Part shown: positions 51,863 through 63,100 of the stretch, piece by piece
Numbering within the stretch: the first letter of the stretch is position 1
Layout: every line of letters starts with the position of its first letter
Assembly: GCA_902618795.1 (NCBI GenBank)
Contig: CACNCF010000005.1
Coordinates: forward strand, 10,401-74,400
Source of the DNA: an uncultured Prochlorococcus sp.
GTDB lineage: Bacteria; Cyanobacteriota; Cyanobacteriia; PCC-6307; Cyanobiaceae
Length of the DNA: 64,000 nucleotides
Direction: 5' to 3'
Translations under genes and position numbers: made by a program
The notes under the pieces: model-generated
Database searches by the model: none
Seen by the model: the letters and a program-made list of their open reading frames with translations, nothing else
Told to the model about the DNA's origin: nothing

Positions 51863-52825
51863 ATGAAGATTCTTTTAGTAGGAGCAACAGGGACACTTGG
51901 TAGACAAATAGCAAAGCAAGCTATAGAAGAGGGACATGAAGTAAGATGCTTTGTAAGAAATCCAAGAAAAGCTTCCTTTCTACAAGAATGGGGTTGTGAG
52001 CTAACAAAAGGTAATTTATTAAATTCTTCTGATATCGAATATGCATTGCAAGATATTGAAGTAGTTATTGATGCAGCGACTAGTAGGCCAGATGATCCTA
52101 AAAGTATTTATGAAATTGATTGGGATGGAAAACTTAACTTATTCAATGCTTGCGAATCTTTAAACGTAAAAAGGGTAATATTCCTTTCTATCCTCCTAAC
52201 AGAAAAGTTTAGAAATGTTCCTTTAATGGACATTAAATTTTGCACTGAAAAACTCCTTGAAAAATCTGATTTAGACTATACAATCTTCAAATGTGCAGCT
52301 TTTATGCAAGGAGTTATTGGTCAATTCGCAATCCCAATCTTGGATAGTCAAGCAGTGTGGATGAGTGGGACTCCAACTAAAATTGCTTATATGAATACGC
52401 AAGATATGGCGAAAGTTGTTGTAGCAGCAGTAAATAATCCAAAAACTTACAGAACATCATTGCCACTAGTAGGTCCTAAAGCATGGGATTCAAATGAAGT
52501 TATATCTTTATGTGAAAAATTTAGTGAAAAAAAAGCGAAAATTTTTAGAGTTTCCCCTTTCCTTATTAGTGTCACTCAAAAAGTAGTTTCCTTTTTCCAA
52601 GATTCTCTTAATGTTGCTGAGCGATTGGCTTTTGCTGAAGTAACTAGTAGTGGTGAATCATTAGATGCTGACATGAGCAAAACTTACGAAATATTGGAAG
52701 TTAAAAAAGAAGATATGACCTCACTAGAGAGTTATATAAAAGAGTATTATCAACAAATACTTAAAAGATTAAGGGAAATGGAAGCAGATCTTAATATTGA
52801 AGAAAAAAAGAGATTACCTTTTTAA
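51863..52825 (+). CDS. ycf39: Ycf39-like NAD(P)-binding SDR
   Basis: GATGTLGRQ, FLQEWG, VPLMDIK, AERLAF motifs. Confidence 0.88.
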   Translation: MKILLVGATGTLGRQIAKQAIEEGHEVRCFVRNPRKASFLQEWGCELTKGNLLNSSDIEYALQDIEVVIDAATSRPDDPKSIYEIDWDGKLNLFNACESLNVKRVIFLSILLTEKFRNVPLMDIKFCTEKLLEKSDLDYTIFKCAAFMQGVIGQFAIPILDSQAVWMSGTPTKIAYMNTQDMAKVVVAAVNNPKTYRTSLPLVGPKAWDSNEVISLCEKFSEKKAKIFRVSPFLISVTQKVVSFFQDSLNVAERLAFAEVTSSGESLDADMSKTYEILEVKKEDMTSLESYIKEYYQQILKRLREMEADLNIEEKKRLPF

Positions 52826-52881
52826 TATTGCAATTTTAGAATCAGATAGTATATTTGTACTATATTAAATATTATTGACCT

Positions 52882-53094
52882 ATGTCTGTTTCTAAATCTA
52901 AAAACCTTGAACGAAAACTAGATAATTTTGCAAAAGAAGCAAAAAATGAATTGAATAATGTTTGCGGATCTTCATTATGGGAAAGCCTTGGGTTTGTTTT
53001 TTTTGATCAATTAGAAGATTCGGAAAAAATTGCGAAAGCAAATTTTTACTATGGACAACTTCAAATAATTAATGAAATTAAATTTTCAATTTGA
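52882..53094 (+). CDS. Conserved hypothetical protein
   Basis: 70 aa ORF co-oriented between ycf39 and infA. Confidence 0.7.
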   Translation: MSVSKSKNLERKLDNFAKEAKNELNNVCGSSLWESLGFVFFDQLEDSEKIAKANFYYGQLQIINEIKFSI

Positions 53095-53186
53095 ATTGAA
53101 TTTCATATTTTTCCGTATTTAATTTTTCTTAAATCAATTTTGGCCAATCTTTTTCTGATAATATAAACGTAGTAAAAGATTAATTA

Positions 53187-53453
53187 ATGATTGAAACTTC
53201 AGGTGTAATAGAAAAAGAGCAGGGTAATGGATTTTATTTGGTTACCCTAGAACAACCTGAAGGACATCAATGTTTATGTAGAGCTGCAGGTAAATTAACT
53301 AAATTTAGAATTAAATTATTAGCGGGAGACAAAGTGTTAGTTGAGATAAGTCCTTATGATCTTTCTAGAGGGAGGATAACTTATAGAGAAAGAAATGCAG
53401 GTGGTGCTAAACCTACTACTAATAAAAATAATCCTAAGAGAAATAATAAATAA
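53187..53453 (+). CDS. infA: Translation initiation factor IF-1
   Basis: GK...RIKLLAGDKV.VE.SPYDLSRGRITYR. Confidence 0.93.
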   Translation: MIETSGVIEKEQGNGFYLVTLEQPEGHQCLCRAAGKLTKFRIKLLAGDKVLVEISPYDLSRGRITYRERNAGGAKPTTNKNNPKRNNK

Positions 53454-53465
53454 AAAATTATTACT

Positions 53466-54842
53466 TTACATAATATTTTTTATCGCTTCTTTAAACTCAC
53501 TTCTTTGTTTAACACCTTGCCATTGTTTTTTTAATAGTTTTTCTTTAAAAAGTTGAACTGTTGGTGTGCCGTTAATACCAGCTTGTTTTGCAATATCTTG
53601 ATCTTTATCAATATCTATTTCAACGCCAAGAACTGCACCATCAAGTTCTTTAATTATTCTTTTTAACTGAGGTTTCAAAACATGACATGGACCGCAACTT
53701 GGGGAACTAAAAATAACTAAGATAGGCTTTTTACTCTCGTGATAAAGTTTCCTTAATGCATAACTACCTTTTTGCCATTCAGAATTTGAATCGTAAGTAT
53801 CTTCATTAACTTCTTCTTCATTAAAATCTGATGAATTAAGTTTTTTCTCTGGTTCGGGTGTTTCTCTGACTATAGTTTTTGCTAAGTTTTTCTCTGCTAG
53901 CCACCTTTCAGTAGCTAATGCTGCCATGCATCCAGTCCCTGCAGCGGTAACTCCTTGCCTCCACTCAGAATCAACAACATCACCTGCTGCGAAGATTCCT
54001 TCAATAGATGTTTCTGGCCTTCCTGATTTGCAAGCAATATAGCCTTTATTATCTAAATCAATTTTATTGCCTAAGAACTTCGTATTTGGTGTGTGCCCTA
54101 TCGCGTAAAAAAGACCTTTTATATTGATTTCACCTTTACCTTCTTGAGAGTGAATTGTCTCGATTCTTTCAAGCCATTCAGAACCATCCGCTTTATCAAC
54201 TTTTGTGTTCCAATGGATTTCTATCTTTGGATTAGCTTTTACTCTATCTACCATTGCTGCACTAGCTCTTAATTTTTCTGATCTAACTATCAAATGCACT
54301 TTGCTTCCATACTTAGTGAGATATGCTGCTTCTTCACATGCAGAGTCGCCTCCTCCAATAACAGCTAATTCTTCGTCTCTAAATTGTGGGGTCGCTCCAT
54401 CACATATTGCACAAGCACTTATGCCTTTACTCCAGAATTTATCTTCATTTATAACTCCTAATCTATTTGCACTTGCTCCAGTTGCAATGATAATTGAGTT
54501 AGATTTTATAGTTCCTTCTAAAGTTTTTAATTCAAAGGGATGTGAATCAGTATTTATTGAGATAACATCACTTTCGTACAAATTAGTGCCCCATCTTTCT
54601 GCCTGAGCCTTCATTAGATCCATCAATTCAGGACCTAGCACTCCATCTGGGAAACCAGGAAAATTTTCAACAAATGTTGTAGTCATTAATTGACCACCAG
54701 GAATTCCACCAGAATTAAATCCTGTTACCAGCAATGGTTGAAGATTTGCTCGTGCTGCATATATAGCAGCAGTATAACCTGCAGGTCCCGAGCCTATAAT
54801 TACAACATTTTCTACGTTAGAGCTTTTGTCTTTATTTTCCAT
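53466..54842 (-). CDS. trxB: Thioredoxin reductase fused to thioredoxin (NTRC type)
   Basis: GSGPAG, CAICD, GGGDSA; C-terminal CGPC thioredoxin domain. Confidence 0.95.
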   Translation of the reverse strand: MENKDKSSNVENVVIIGSGPAGYTAAIYAARANLQPLLVTGFNSGGIPGGQLMTTTFVENFPGFPDGVLGPELMDLMKAQAERWGTNLYESDVISINTDSHPFELKTLEGTIKSNSIIIATGASANRLGVINEDKFWSKGISACAICDGATPQFRDEELAVIGGGDSACEEAAYLTKYGSKVHLIVRSEKLRASAAMVDRVKANPKIEIHWNTKVDKADGSEWLERIETIHSQEGKGEINIKGLFYAIGHTPNTKFLGNKIDLDNKGYIACKSGRPETSIEGIFAAGDVVDSEWRQGVTAAGTGCMAALATERWLAEKNLAKTIVRETPEPEKKLNSSDFNEEEVNEDTYDSNSEWQKGSYALRKLYHESKKPILVIFSSPSCGPCHVLKPQLKRIIKELDGAVLGVEIDIDKDQDIAKQAGINGTPTVQLFKEKLLKKQWQGVKQRSEFKEAIKNIM

Positions 54843-54921
54843 TTATTTGCTAATTTCACTACTTATAATAATAAACAAACCCAATTAATGTAGGGCGGAT
54901 TTCACTCGATAGATTTATTAC

Positions 54922-55146
54922 TCAATCGTTGACTTTTTGATCTAATAACTTTTTTAATTCCTTTGGGAAGTTTAAAACAGAATCTTTTAAATTTTCGTTC
55001 TTTTCTCCAATATGTAATATCCACTCTCTAAATTCTTCTGCGATTGCATAACTGTCTTCATACCTTTCTAAAGTGTCCATTGCAGAAATTCTGTTAGTTG
55101 CCCAACAGGTCGCTATGTCGATCCTTTTTCTAATGAAATTGTCCAT
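54922..55146 (-). CDS. Conserved hypothetical protein
   Basis: 74 aa ORF; RYEDSYAIAEEFREWI. Confidence 0.65.
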   Translation of the reverse strand: MDNFIRKRIDIATCWATNRISAMDTLERYEDSYAIAEEFREWILHIGEKNENLKDSVLNFPKELKKLLDQKVND

Positions 55147-55300
55147 TCAAAGATTTAAGTTGTATATAGATAAACACACCAGAGAACTTATGTATTGTCT
55201 AATAAGTTACAACTTTGTACTTCCAAACAATAATTTAATCTTTAATTTATATTTGAGCCAATTTTTAAATGGAATATAAAGAAAATATAAAGAAATAGGG

Positions 55301-55879
55301 TTAAACTGCTTCGCTATGATTTGCAAGTAGCCTTTCAACTTCCTCAAAACCTTCTTTGGCTGAATTTATTGCAAGTTCCTCGCTAACTTTTTCTTCTGAT
55401 ATTAATTTTGCGGATATTTTTTTTAAAAGAGTTTCTTTCTTTTCTCTTAGTGAACAAACAATTTCTTCTTCAATGATAGATTTTATTGCTTTAGAAATTA
55501 TTTTTTTGTCATTCGCTTCCTCAAATGTTCCCTGGACTAATTCCTGAATAAATAATCGATGCACCTCACTACTCCTTAGAAAGCTTTCTGTGGCATTAAT
55601 AATTCCTTCAACAAGAGCTTCATCAGGTTCAGAATCATTTTCTGCGAGCTTAAATTCCCAATCTAAATGTCTTCTTTGCCAACCTGCTGAGTGGAGACTA
55701 GGCATGACTGTCTGTGAATAAGTATCAACCGACATTTCATAAATTCTCTCTGCTAATTTTTCGCACCAGTCCTTACCGTGCTTTTCTAGATTTTTCTGCA
55801 TAGCTTGCCTTGGAACAGCATGACCACCATGATGACTGTGACATACTCCATCGGGACATTCGATTGCTTTTATACTCAT
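55301..55879 (-). CDS. Conserved hypothetical protein with Cys/His-rich N-terminus
   Basis: 192 aa; CPDGVCHSHHGGH. Confidence 0.8.
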   Translation of the reverse strand: MSIKAIECPDGVCHSHHGGHAVPRQAMQKNLEKHGKDWCEKLAERIYEMSVDTYSQTVMPSLHSAGWQRRHLDWEFKLAENDSEPDEALVEGIINATESFLRSSEVHRLFIQELVQGTFEEANDKKIISKAIKSIIEEEIVCSLREKKETLLKKISAKLISEEKVSEELAINSAKEGFEEVERLLANHSEAV

Positions 55880-55986
55880 TGGAATATTTAGTACCTATAT
55901 ATTCTAGATAGCTATTTTTTATAGAAAAGAAAATATATTTTTAACAAAAATCCAAGACTTTTGACTTTCTTCAATTTATATTTAGT

Positions 55987-57138
55987 ATGTTTAAAAAAAT
56001 AAATAAATTGACAAAGATACTTATTCCTTCCGAAACAAACTCTGGTGAAAGGAGAGTTTCAGCTACTCCAGAAGCGGTAAAGAAATTAAAAAGCCTTGGA
56101 TGTGATGTTTATATTGAAAGTTCAGCGGGTAAATTATCAGGATTCAATGACTTGTCATATGAAGAATCGGGTGGAACAATAATAAGTAACTTAGATCAAA
56201 AAATTTGGGGTGAAGCTGACCTAATATTTTGTGTTCAAACTCCATCAGAGGATAATTTAACTAAATTAAAGAAAGGTGCAGTTCTTCTTGGTCTTCTTAA
56301 CCCATATGGTAATAAGGAGCTCCTCAAGATTATAAATAGTAATAAGATTTCAGCTTTATCACTAGAATTGCTTCCGAGGATTAGTAGAGCGCAATCTTCT
56401 GATGTTCTTTCTTCACAGGCCAATATCGCTGGATATAAAGCAGTTCTTTTAGCTGCAAGTGAGTTAGATAGATATTTCCCCATGCTTATGACTGCAGCAG
56501 GCACAGTTCAACCTGCCAAAGTAGTGGTTCTTGGTGGTGGCGTTGCAGGATTGCAGGCAGTTGCGACAGCAAAAAGACTTGGTGCAATAGTATTTGTATC
56601 TGATATTAGACCTGCTGTTAAAGAACAAGTCGAGTCCCTCGGAGCAAGATTTATAGAACTTCCTGAAGTGGATGAAAAACCTGGAGAAGCTGGAGGTTAT
56701 GCAAAAGCTGTAACACCCGAATTCCTTTCAAAACAGAAAGTTACTTTAACTAAATATTTATCTGAAGCTGATGTTGCTATATGTACTGCGCAAGTTCTAG
56801 GTAAAAAGGCCCCTGTTTTAATAGACTCTCCCATGATTGAAAAAATGAGACCTGGTGCAGTAATTATTGATTTAGCAGTTTCTCAGGGAGGGAACTGCGT
56901 AGGAACAAAATCAAATGAAACTATCATCAAAGATGGGGTAAAACTTATTGGAGCGGGCGAATTACCCTCTTCAGTACCTTATGATGCAAGTTCACTTTAT
57001 GCTAAGAACTTAACATCTTTGATTACACCATTTATAAAAGATGGTGTAATTAAATTAGATAAAGAGGATGAACTCATTTCTGGATGTTTATTAAGCGATG
57101 AAGGAGTTGTTCTTCAAAATAAAGTTTTTGAAAATTGA
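55987..57138 (+). CDS. pntA: NAD(P) transhydrogenase alpha subunit, part 1
   Basis: ERRV..TP, RISRAQS.DVLSS, GGGVAG, GGYAK motifs. Confidence 0.95.
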   Translation: MFKKINKLTKILIPSETNSGERRVSATPEAVKKLKSLGCDVYIESSAGKLSGFNDLSYEESGGTIISNLDQKIWGEADLIFCVQTPSEDNLTKLKKGAVLLGLLNPYGNKELLKIINSNKISALSLELLPRISRAQSSDVLSSQANIAGYKAVLLAASELDRYFPMLMTAAGTVQPAKVVVLGGGVAGLQAVATAKRLGAIVFVSDIRPAVKEQVESLGARFIELPEVDEKPGEAGGYAKAVTPEFLSKQKVTLTKYLSEADVAICTAQVLGKKAPVLIDSPMIEKMRPGAVIIDLAVSQGGNCVGTKSNETIIKDGVKLIGAGELPSSVPYDASSLYAKNLTSLITPFIKDGVIKLDKEDELISGCLLSDEGVVLQNKVFEN

Positions 57139-57150
57139 GGATTTAAAATT

Positions 57151-57444
57151 ATGTCTTTTATAAGTCTTCTTTGGGTTCTTTTACTTGGTAGTTTATTAGG
57201 CCTCGAGTTAATTGGAAAAGTTCCTCCTACCCTGCACACACCTCTAATGAGTGGAGCAAATGCAATTTCAGGAATAACAATGCTTGCAGCCTTAACTTTA
57301 ATTGTAAAGGCAGAAGGTAACGTACCACTTTTAATCATTGGTTCAGTTTCTCTTGGATTTGCTCTTTTCAACGTTGTAGGCGGTTTCTTTGTAACTGATC
57401 GAATGCTTGCGATGTTTAGTCGTAAACCATCAAATAAGAAGTAA
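57151..57444 (+). CDS. NAD(P) transhydrogenase alpha subunit, part 2
   Basis: LHTPLMSGANAISG, GGFFVTDRML.MF motifs. Confidence 0.95.
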   Translation: MSFISLLWVLLLGSLLGLELIGKVPPTLHTPLMSGANAISGITMLAALTLIVKAEGNVPLLIIGSVSLGFALFNVVGGFFVTDRMLAMFSRKPSNKK

Positions 57445-57452
57445 TTTTTAAC

Positions 57453-58892
57453 ATGAATCTACCTGTAGTTATTAAATTCGTTATTGACCTTCTAGCAGTA
57501 CTTTTACTTGCGTTAGGAATAAAAGGGTTGTCAAAAGTAAAGTCAGCAAGGGATGCCAATAGATTAGCTGCATTTGCAATGTCGCTATCAGTAATAGGAT
57601 TACTTTCTTATTATTTAGGTACTTCTGGAATTGCTATTCAGTCTTGGATTTGGATAATAATTGGATCAATCATAGGTAGTTTATTCGGAGCAATTCTTGC
57701 AAAAAAAGTACCTATGACCTCCATGCCTGAAACAGTGGCATTGTTCAATGGTTGTGGAGGAATGTCATCACTTTTAGTGGCCTTAGGAGTAGCTATTTTT
57801 CCTATATCTAGTGGCCAAGAAAATTTTGATTTTTTTAAGTCACTTATTAACGAAGTTTCAATATCTGTTTCTATATTTGTTGGTGCCATAACTTTCACAG
57901 GTTCAATTGTGGCGATGGCAAAGTTACAGGGTTGGTTATCAACTCCAGGATGGACCCAGAGCAAAGTTAGACATTTTGTAAATATTGTTTTTGCAGTTGC
58001 TTCCTTGATAGCCTTTTTTGATTTAATAAACGGCAATACAAGTTCTATTTGGCTTTTAGTTATAGTTTCTTCTTTATTAGGTATTGGAGTTACTTTGCCA
58101 ATTGGTGGAGCGGATATGCCAGTCGTTATATCTTTATTAAATAGCTATTCAGGGATTGCAGCAGCAGCAGCAGGTTTCGTTGTAGATAGTCAGCTTTTGA
58201 TAGTAGCAGGCGCAATGGTTGGAGCGGCAGGTCTAATACTTACTCAAGTAATGTGCAAGGGTATGAATAGATCATTGGTCTCAGTTCTTTTTGGAGGATC
58301 TTTATCTGCACAAAGTACAGCCTCTTCTGGTTCAGGAGAATATACAAACATAACTTCTTGCAGTGTTGAAGAATGCGCATTGACTTTAGAGGCAGCCAAC
58401 AAGGTAATTATTGTTCCTGGTTATGGTCTGGCAGTAGCTCAAGCTCAACATACTTTAAGGGAAGTGACAAAAAAACTAGAGCAAAATGGTATTGAAGTTG
58501 TTTATGCAATTCATCCCGTAGCAGGGAGGATGCCTGGACATATGAATGTACTTTTAGCAGAAGCAGATGTTCCTTACGAACAACTTAAAGAGATGGACGT
58601 TGTAAATCCTGATTTTCCAGCAACGGATGTTGTTTTAGTTTTAGGAGCAAATGATGTGGTTAATCCTCAAGCTAAAAATGATAGCTCTTCTCCTTTATAT
58701 GGCATGCCAGTTCTTGATGTGCAGGAAGCAAGAACGGTATTTGTAATTAAACGTGGTATGAGTGCAGGTTACTCAGGAATAAAAAATGATTTATTTGATC
58801 TTCCAAATACCTCAATGGTCTTTGGTGATGCAAAAAAGGTACTGAATGATTTGATTGGAGAATTAAAGGATCTTGGAGTTGGGGAGAAATAA
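57453..58892 (+). CDS. pntB: NAD(P) transhydrogenase beta subunit
   Basis: IGGADMPVV, HPVAGRMPGHMN, GANDVVNP motifs. Confidence 0.97.
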   Translation: MNLPVVIKFVIDLLAVLLLALGIKGLSKVKSARDANRLAAFAMSLSVIGLLSYYLGTSGIAIQSWIWIIIGSIIGSLFGAILAKKVPMTSMPETVALFNGCGGMSSLLVALGVAIFPISSGQENFDFFKSLINEVSISVSIFVGAITFTGSIVAMAKLQGWLSTPGWTQSKVRHFVNIVFAVASLIAFFDLINGNTSSIWLLVIVSSLLGIGVTLPIGGADMPVVISLLNSYSGIAAAAAGFVVDSQLLIVAGAMVGAAGLILTQVMCKGMNRSLVSVLFGGSLSAQSTASSGSGEYTNITSCSVEECALTLEAANKVIIVPGYGLAVAQAQHTLREVTKKLEQNGIEVVYAIHPVAGRMPGHMNVLLAEADVPYEQLKEMDVVNPDFPATDVVLVLGANDVVNPQAKNDSSSPLYGMPVLDVQEARTVFVIKRGMSAGYSGIKNDLFDLPNTSMVFGDAKKVLNDLIGELKDLGVGEK

Positions 58893-59961
58893 TAGTATAT
58901 CTTTTAGTTTTTCAGATTACGTAAAAAATAAGCCATTTCGAGAAGTCTTACCTTGGATAGGTGGCGACTTACAAACTTTGAGAGATACTTTTGTTATTGA
59001 TTTTGGTAAATCAGAAAAAAATAAAAAAATATTCTTTCCGATTAATAAAATTCTTTCTAAAAAATTTGAATGTGATTATCTTTTAGGTTTTTTAGAATTA
59101 CCTGAAAATGTAAACTCACTTAGGGGTTTTGTAATCGTTACGCATGGTTTAGGGGGCTCAACTAAACGGTTTGGTTTGAGAAGAATATCTAGGAAATTAA
59201 CAAATAATGGTTTTGGAGTTCTTAAATTAAATCTAAGAGGATCTGGATCAGCGAGATATTTAGCTAAAGGAAATTATTGTGCTAGATGCTCCAGTGATGT
59301 TATTTCAGCAATTAATTATTTTAAAAAATTGATTAATTCAGAGTTCAAAGATCTTATGAAAAGGAATAATAATCTTCCAATTTACGGAGTTGGATTATCT
59401 TTAGGCGGAACAATTCTTTTGAATGCCTGCCTAGATTACGATGAAAACAAAGGAGAAAAACTTTTAGATGGCCTTGCCTGCGTGAGTACCCCTTTAGATT
59501 TATCTTCATGCAGTCTCTGTATTGAAAAACCTAGAAATTCTCTCTACCAAAAATGGTTACTTCACCGCTTAAAAAATCAGTTATGGGAGGGATTTAATGA
59601 TGAAGGCAAACTCCTTGATAACGAGAAATTAAGAATAAAAATTAGAAATTTAAAAAGTATAAGAGAATTTGATCAGAAATTTACAGCTCCTAGTTGGGGA
59701 TTTAATTCTTTAGAGGATTATTATATTAAAGCTTCTCCAATATTTAGAATCCAAAACTCAATAGAAAAATTACCTCCAATGCTTTTTATTCATGCCAAGG
59801 ATGATCCCTGGGTTCCATATAAGGATACTTTGAATTTAAGAAAAGAATCTATTGATAAATTCACTATTTTTATAACTGAAAAAGGAGGTCATAATGGTTT
59901 TCATTCGATTAATGGCTGCTGGTCAGACGAAGTCGTAAAGAACTGGTTTATGAGTATCTAG
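58873..59961 (+). CDS. YheT-family alpha/beta hydrolase
   Basis: HGLGGS, GLSLGG, DDPW, GGHNGF motifs. Confidence 0.88.
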   Translation: MELGRNNSISFSFSDYVKNKPFREVLPWIGGDLQTLRDTFVIDFGKSEKNKKIFFPINKILSKKFECDYLLGFLELPENVNSLRGFVIVTHGLGGSTKRFGLRRISRKLTNNGFGVLKLNLRGSGSARYLAKGNYCARCSSDVISAINYFKKLINSEFKDLMKRNNNLPIYGVGLSLGGTILLNACLDYDENKGEKLLDGLACVSTPLDLSSCSLCIEKPRNSLYQKWLLHRLKNQLWEGFNDEGKLLDNEKLRIKIRNLKSIREFDQKFTAPSWGFNSLEDYYIKASPIFRIQNSIEKLPPMLFIHAKDDPWVPYKDTLNLRKESIDKFTIFITEKGGHNGFHSINGCWSDEVVKNWFMSI

Positions 59962-60292
59962 GACTATTTAAAAATGGTGTTTTTTTGAAAATCCATTTCT
60001 CTATTGGCTTACCGTTAATAATATGTGAGGTAAAAATTTCAGAAATTTTTTCTGGAGAAACTTTCTCATACCAAATACCATCAGGCCAAATAAGAAGAAT
60101 TGGGCCATTCTTACATATCCTTAAACAGTCAGCTTTTGATCTTAATATATGAACGTTTTTTGTAGAGGGATCATTCTCAAATTTTTTTAAAGTCTTTTTC
60201 AGACATTCCCATGTTTTTTGACCTTCATTGCCTTTAAAGCATTTCTGTTTTGTTGGTGTTGCGCATAGTAGAAGATGTTTTTTTATATTCAC
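59948..60292 (-). CDS. Thioredoxin-like 2Fe-2S ferredoxin
   Basis: HLLLC...C, CLRIC..GP, WPDGIWY motifs. Confidence 0.88.
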   Translation of the reverse strand: MNIKKHLLLCATPTKQKCFKGNEGQKTWECLKKTLKKFENDPSTKNVHILRSKADCLRICKNGPILLIWPDGIWYEKVSPEKISEIFTSHIINGKPIEKWIFKKTPFLNSPRYS

Positions 60293-60294
60293 TT

Positions 60295-61524
60295 TTATCC
60301 AATACTTACGTATTTTTTCCCTTTTTTAATTTCTTGCTCAACAAAAAATCTGGCCCAATTGTCTACTTCAAGAATATCCTCCAATTCGGGACTCAAATTC
60401 AAATTCTTCATATGTGATTCACAAGCTTTACTTATAAATGTTGGAATTTCTTGAAAAGAAATTTTTTCTTTGAGGAATTGTTCAACAGCCATTTCATTAG
60501 CAGCATTTAAGACTGCAGGCATAGTCCCAGAAGATTTTCCTGCAGCATAGGCAAGTCCCATGCATGGATATTTAAACTCGTCTGGCTCTTTAAAAGTTAA
60601 TTTTCCAATTTCACTTAGGTTTAATCTTTTCCAATTTGTTTTAAATCTTTCAGGCCAACTCATCGCATATAAAATGGGTAGTTTCATATCTGGCCAACCT
60701 AATTGAGCTAATACTGAAGAATCTTCCATCTCAATCATTGAATGAATAATACTTTGAGGGTGGATAACTATTTCGATATTTTCGTAAGAGGTCCCAAATA
60801 AATAATGAGCTTCTATAACTTCTAATCCTTTATTCATAAGAGTTGCAGAATCTACAGTTATTTTTTTTCCCATATCCCAATTAGGATGTGAAGTCGCATC
60901 TTCCACTGTGACATGCTTTAAATCCTCAACGGTCCAATCTCTGAAAGCACCACCAGAAGCTGTTAAATGTATGGCTCTTAAACCCTTAGGCATCTCTCCT
61001 GTTGAAAAATCTGCATTTTCATAATTAGGTAATCCTTGTAAACATTGAAAGATAGCAGAGTGTTCTGAATCAGCAGGTAAAAGCCTACTATTATTTTTCT
61101 TCAATGCAGGAATAACAATTGGTCCTGCCGCAATTAAAGTTTCTTTGTTAGCAAGTGCAATATTTTTCCCCGCATTAATTGCTGACATTGTTGGAATTAA
61201 GCCTGCACAGCCTACTATCCCTGTTACCACAGTATCTGCCTTATCCCATGCTGCAACTGCGTTAATCCCCTGCTTTCCACCTAAAACCAAGGGAGCATCA
61301 TCCAAATCTAAGTTATTAATATTATCTTTTAAATCTTCTATAAGATTTTCATCCTCAATTGCAACTACCTCTGGTTTATGTGTTTTAACTTGTTCAGTTA
61401 ATAAATTAATATTTCTTCCTGCAGAAAGAGCTACGGCTTTAAACTTATCAGGCTGCTCACTAGCTATTTCGAGAGTTTGAGTCCCTATTGAACCAGTAGA
61501 ACCGAGCACAGTAATGTATTTCAA
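60295..61524 (-). CDS. dxr: 1-deoxy-D-xylulose-5-phosphate reductoisomerase
   Basis: [26 protein letters not shown] motifs. Confidence 0.97.
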   Translation of the reverse strand: MKYITVLGSTGSIGTQTLEIASEQPDKFKAVALSAGRNINLLTEQVKTHKPEVVAIEDENLIEDLKDNINNLDLDDAPLVLGGKQGINAVAAWDKADTVVTGIVGCAGLIPTMSAINAGKNIALANKETLIAAGPIVIPALKKNNSRLLPADSEHSAIFQCLQGLPNYENADFSTGEMPKGLRAIHLTASGGAFRDWTVEDLKHVTVEDATSHPNWDMGKKITVDSATLMNKGLEVIEAHYLFGTSYENIEIVIHPQSIIHSMIEMEDSSVLAQLGWPDMKLPILYAMSWPERFKTNWKRLNLSEIGKLTFKEPDEFKYPCMGLAYAAGKSSGTMPAVLNAANEMAVEQFLKEKISFQEIPTFISKACESHMKNLNLSPELEDILEVDNWARFFVEQEIKKGKKYVSIG

Positions 61525-61606
61525 TTTTCTCTGATATTTCTAATATCTTCCCATTTAAAGGTGTATTTAAAAAACAAAAATTTCAAATTGGTTTTTTTCT
61601 TAAAAT

Positions 61607-63076
61607 TTAGACCCTTATCCATGTTGTTATTTCCTTTGATTGATCAATAAGTTCAATACCTTTTTCTTTTAACAAATTCCTAATTTCATCGGCCTTCGTA
61701 TAATTCTTTTCCTTTTTCGCTTTCAATCTTTCATTAATAAGCATTGATATTTCTTCTTCTTTTATTTTACTTTCTTTTACTAAAATCTCTTTTTTTAGAC
61801 CAAGTACCTCAGTCAACTTTTCAAGAGTTTTAAAATTCTCAAGTAGAAAGAATTTTTCATTTAGGTCTATTTTAAAACCTTCTACCCTTTGAAATTGGTT
61901 TAAAAAGTTTTTTAATGGTTTTGCTAAATCGTAAATAATTGCAATAGCACCTGCTGTATTAAGGTCATTTCCAAGAGCCTCAGAAAATTTAAGCTTTTTT
62001 TGAGATAATTCAAAGCTTATTTTCTCTTTATATTGGTCTTCGATAGATTCATTCTTATCAATAGATTTAAAAGCATCTTTTGTAAGGTCCAAAAAAGAAA
62101 GGGCTACATTAATGTTTTTCCAAGCTTCTGAAGCACTCCTTAAAGCTTCTTCAGTAAAATCAAGTGGTTTTCTATAATTCACAGTCATAACAAAATATCG
62201 CAAAGTCATAGGGCTTATACCTGACTTAATTAGTTCTCTGATAGTTTTAAAATTTTTAAGGGATTTACTCATCTTTTGTCCATTTACATTGACCATCCCA
62301 TTGTGTAACCAATAGTTCGCTAGCTTTTTGCCATTGGCTGCTTCTGATTGGGCTATTTCATTCTCATGATGTGGAAAAATCAAATCAGAACCACCTAAAT
62401 GGATATCAATAGTATCTCCTAATTCATCTTTAACCATCGCTGAACATTCAATATGCCATCCTGGCCTACCTTTACCCCATGGCGAATCAAAAAATGGTTC
62501 ATCATCTTTGGCTTTTTTCCATAGTGCAAAATCTTGCGGATTAAGTTTTTTACTATTTTCATCATTAGCCATTCTTCCTTGCTGATTGATATTTTGTTCT
62601 TGTATATTTTGATTACTTAGCTTTCCATAATTTTTATTTTTAAAAACAGAATAATAAACATCTCCATCCCTAGAGTATGCATACCCTTTGTCCTCAAGGA
62701 TTGTTATGAAGGAGCAGATATTGCATATATGATTCGTTGCTCTTGGCATGCTATCCGGACGCATTATCCCTAAAGAATCCATATCTTTATGAAATTCAAT
62801 GATATTCTTTTCAGATACTTCCTTCATTGAACTGCTCTCTTCTTTCGCTCTTTTTAAGATCTTGTCATCAATATCTGTAAAATTTTGAACATACTTCACT
62901 TTGAAATCACTGAAAATTAAAAATCTTCTCAATACATCCCAAGCTATATAACTTCTGGCATGACCAAGATGACATAAATCATAAACAGTTACCCCACAAC
63001 AATAAATTTTTACTACATCATCAATAGGCTTAAAAACCTCAACTTTTTTGCTTAAAGTATTAAAAAGTTTGATCAT
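61607..63076 (-). CDS. cysS: Cysteine--tRNA ligase
   Basis: HLGH, GWHIEC, KMSKS motifs. Confidence 0.97.
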   Translation of the reverse strand: MIKLFNTLSKKVEVFKPIDDVVKIYCCGVTVYDLCHLGHARSYIAWDVLRRFLIFSDFKVKYVQNFTDIDDKILKRAKEESSSMKEVSEKNIIEFHKDMDSLGIMRPDSMPRATNHICNICSFITILEDKGYAYSRDGDVYYSVFKNKNYGKLSNQNIQEQNINQQGRMANDENSKKLNPQDFALWKKAKDDEPFFDSPWGKGRPGWHIECSAMVKDELGDTIDIHLGGSDLIFPHHENEIAQSEAANGKKLANYWLHNGMVNVNGQKMSKSLKNFKTIRELIKSGISPMTLRYFVMTVNYRKPLDFTEEALRSASEAWKNINVALSFLDLTKDAFKSIDKNESIEDQYKEKISFELSQKKLKFSEALGNDLNTAGAIAIIYDLAKPLKNFLNQFQRVEGFKIDLNEKFFLLENFKTLEKLTEVLGLKKEILVKESKIKEEEISMLINERLKAKKEKNYTKADEIRNLLKEKGIELIDQSKEITTWIRV

Positions 63077-63100
63077 CTCAAAATAAGTATTTCATAAGGT

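Noticed and set aside
53466-54842. Thioredoxin reductase-thioredoxin fusion as a novelty
   Set aside because: Known NTRC architecture of cyanobacteria and plastids.
55987-57444. Split pntA as a pseudogene
   Set aside because: The two-part alpha subunit is a known natural arrangement and both ORFs are intact.
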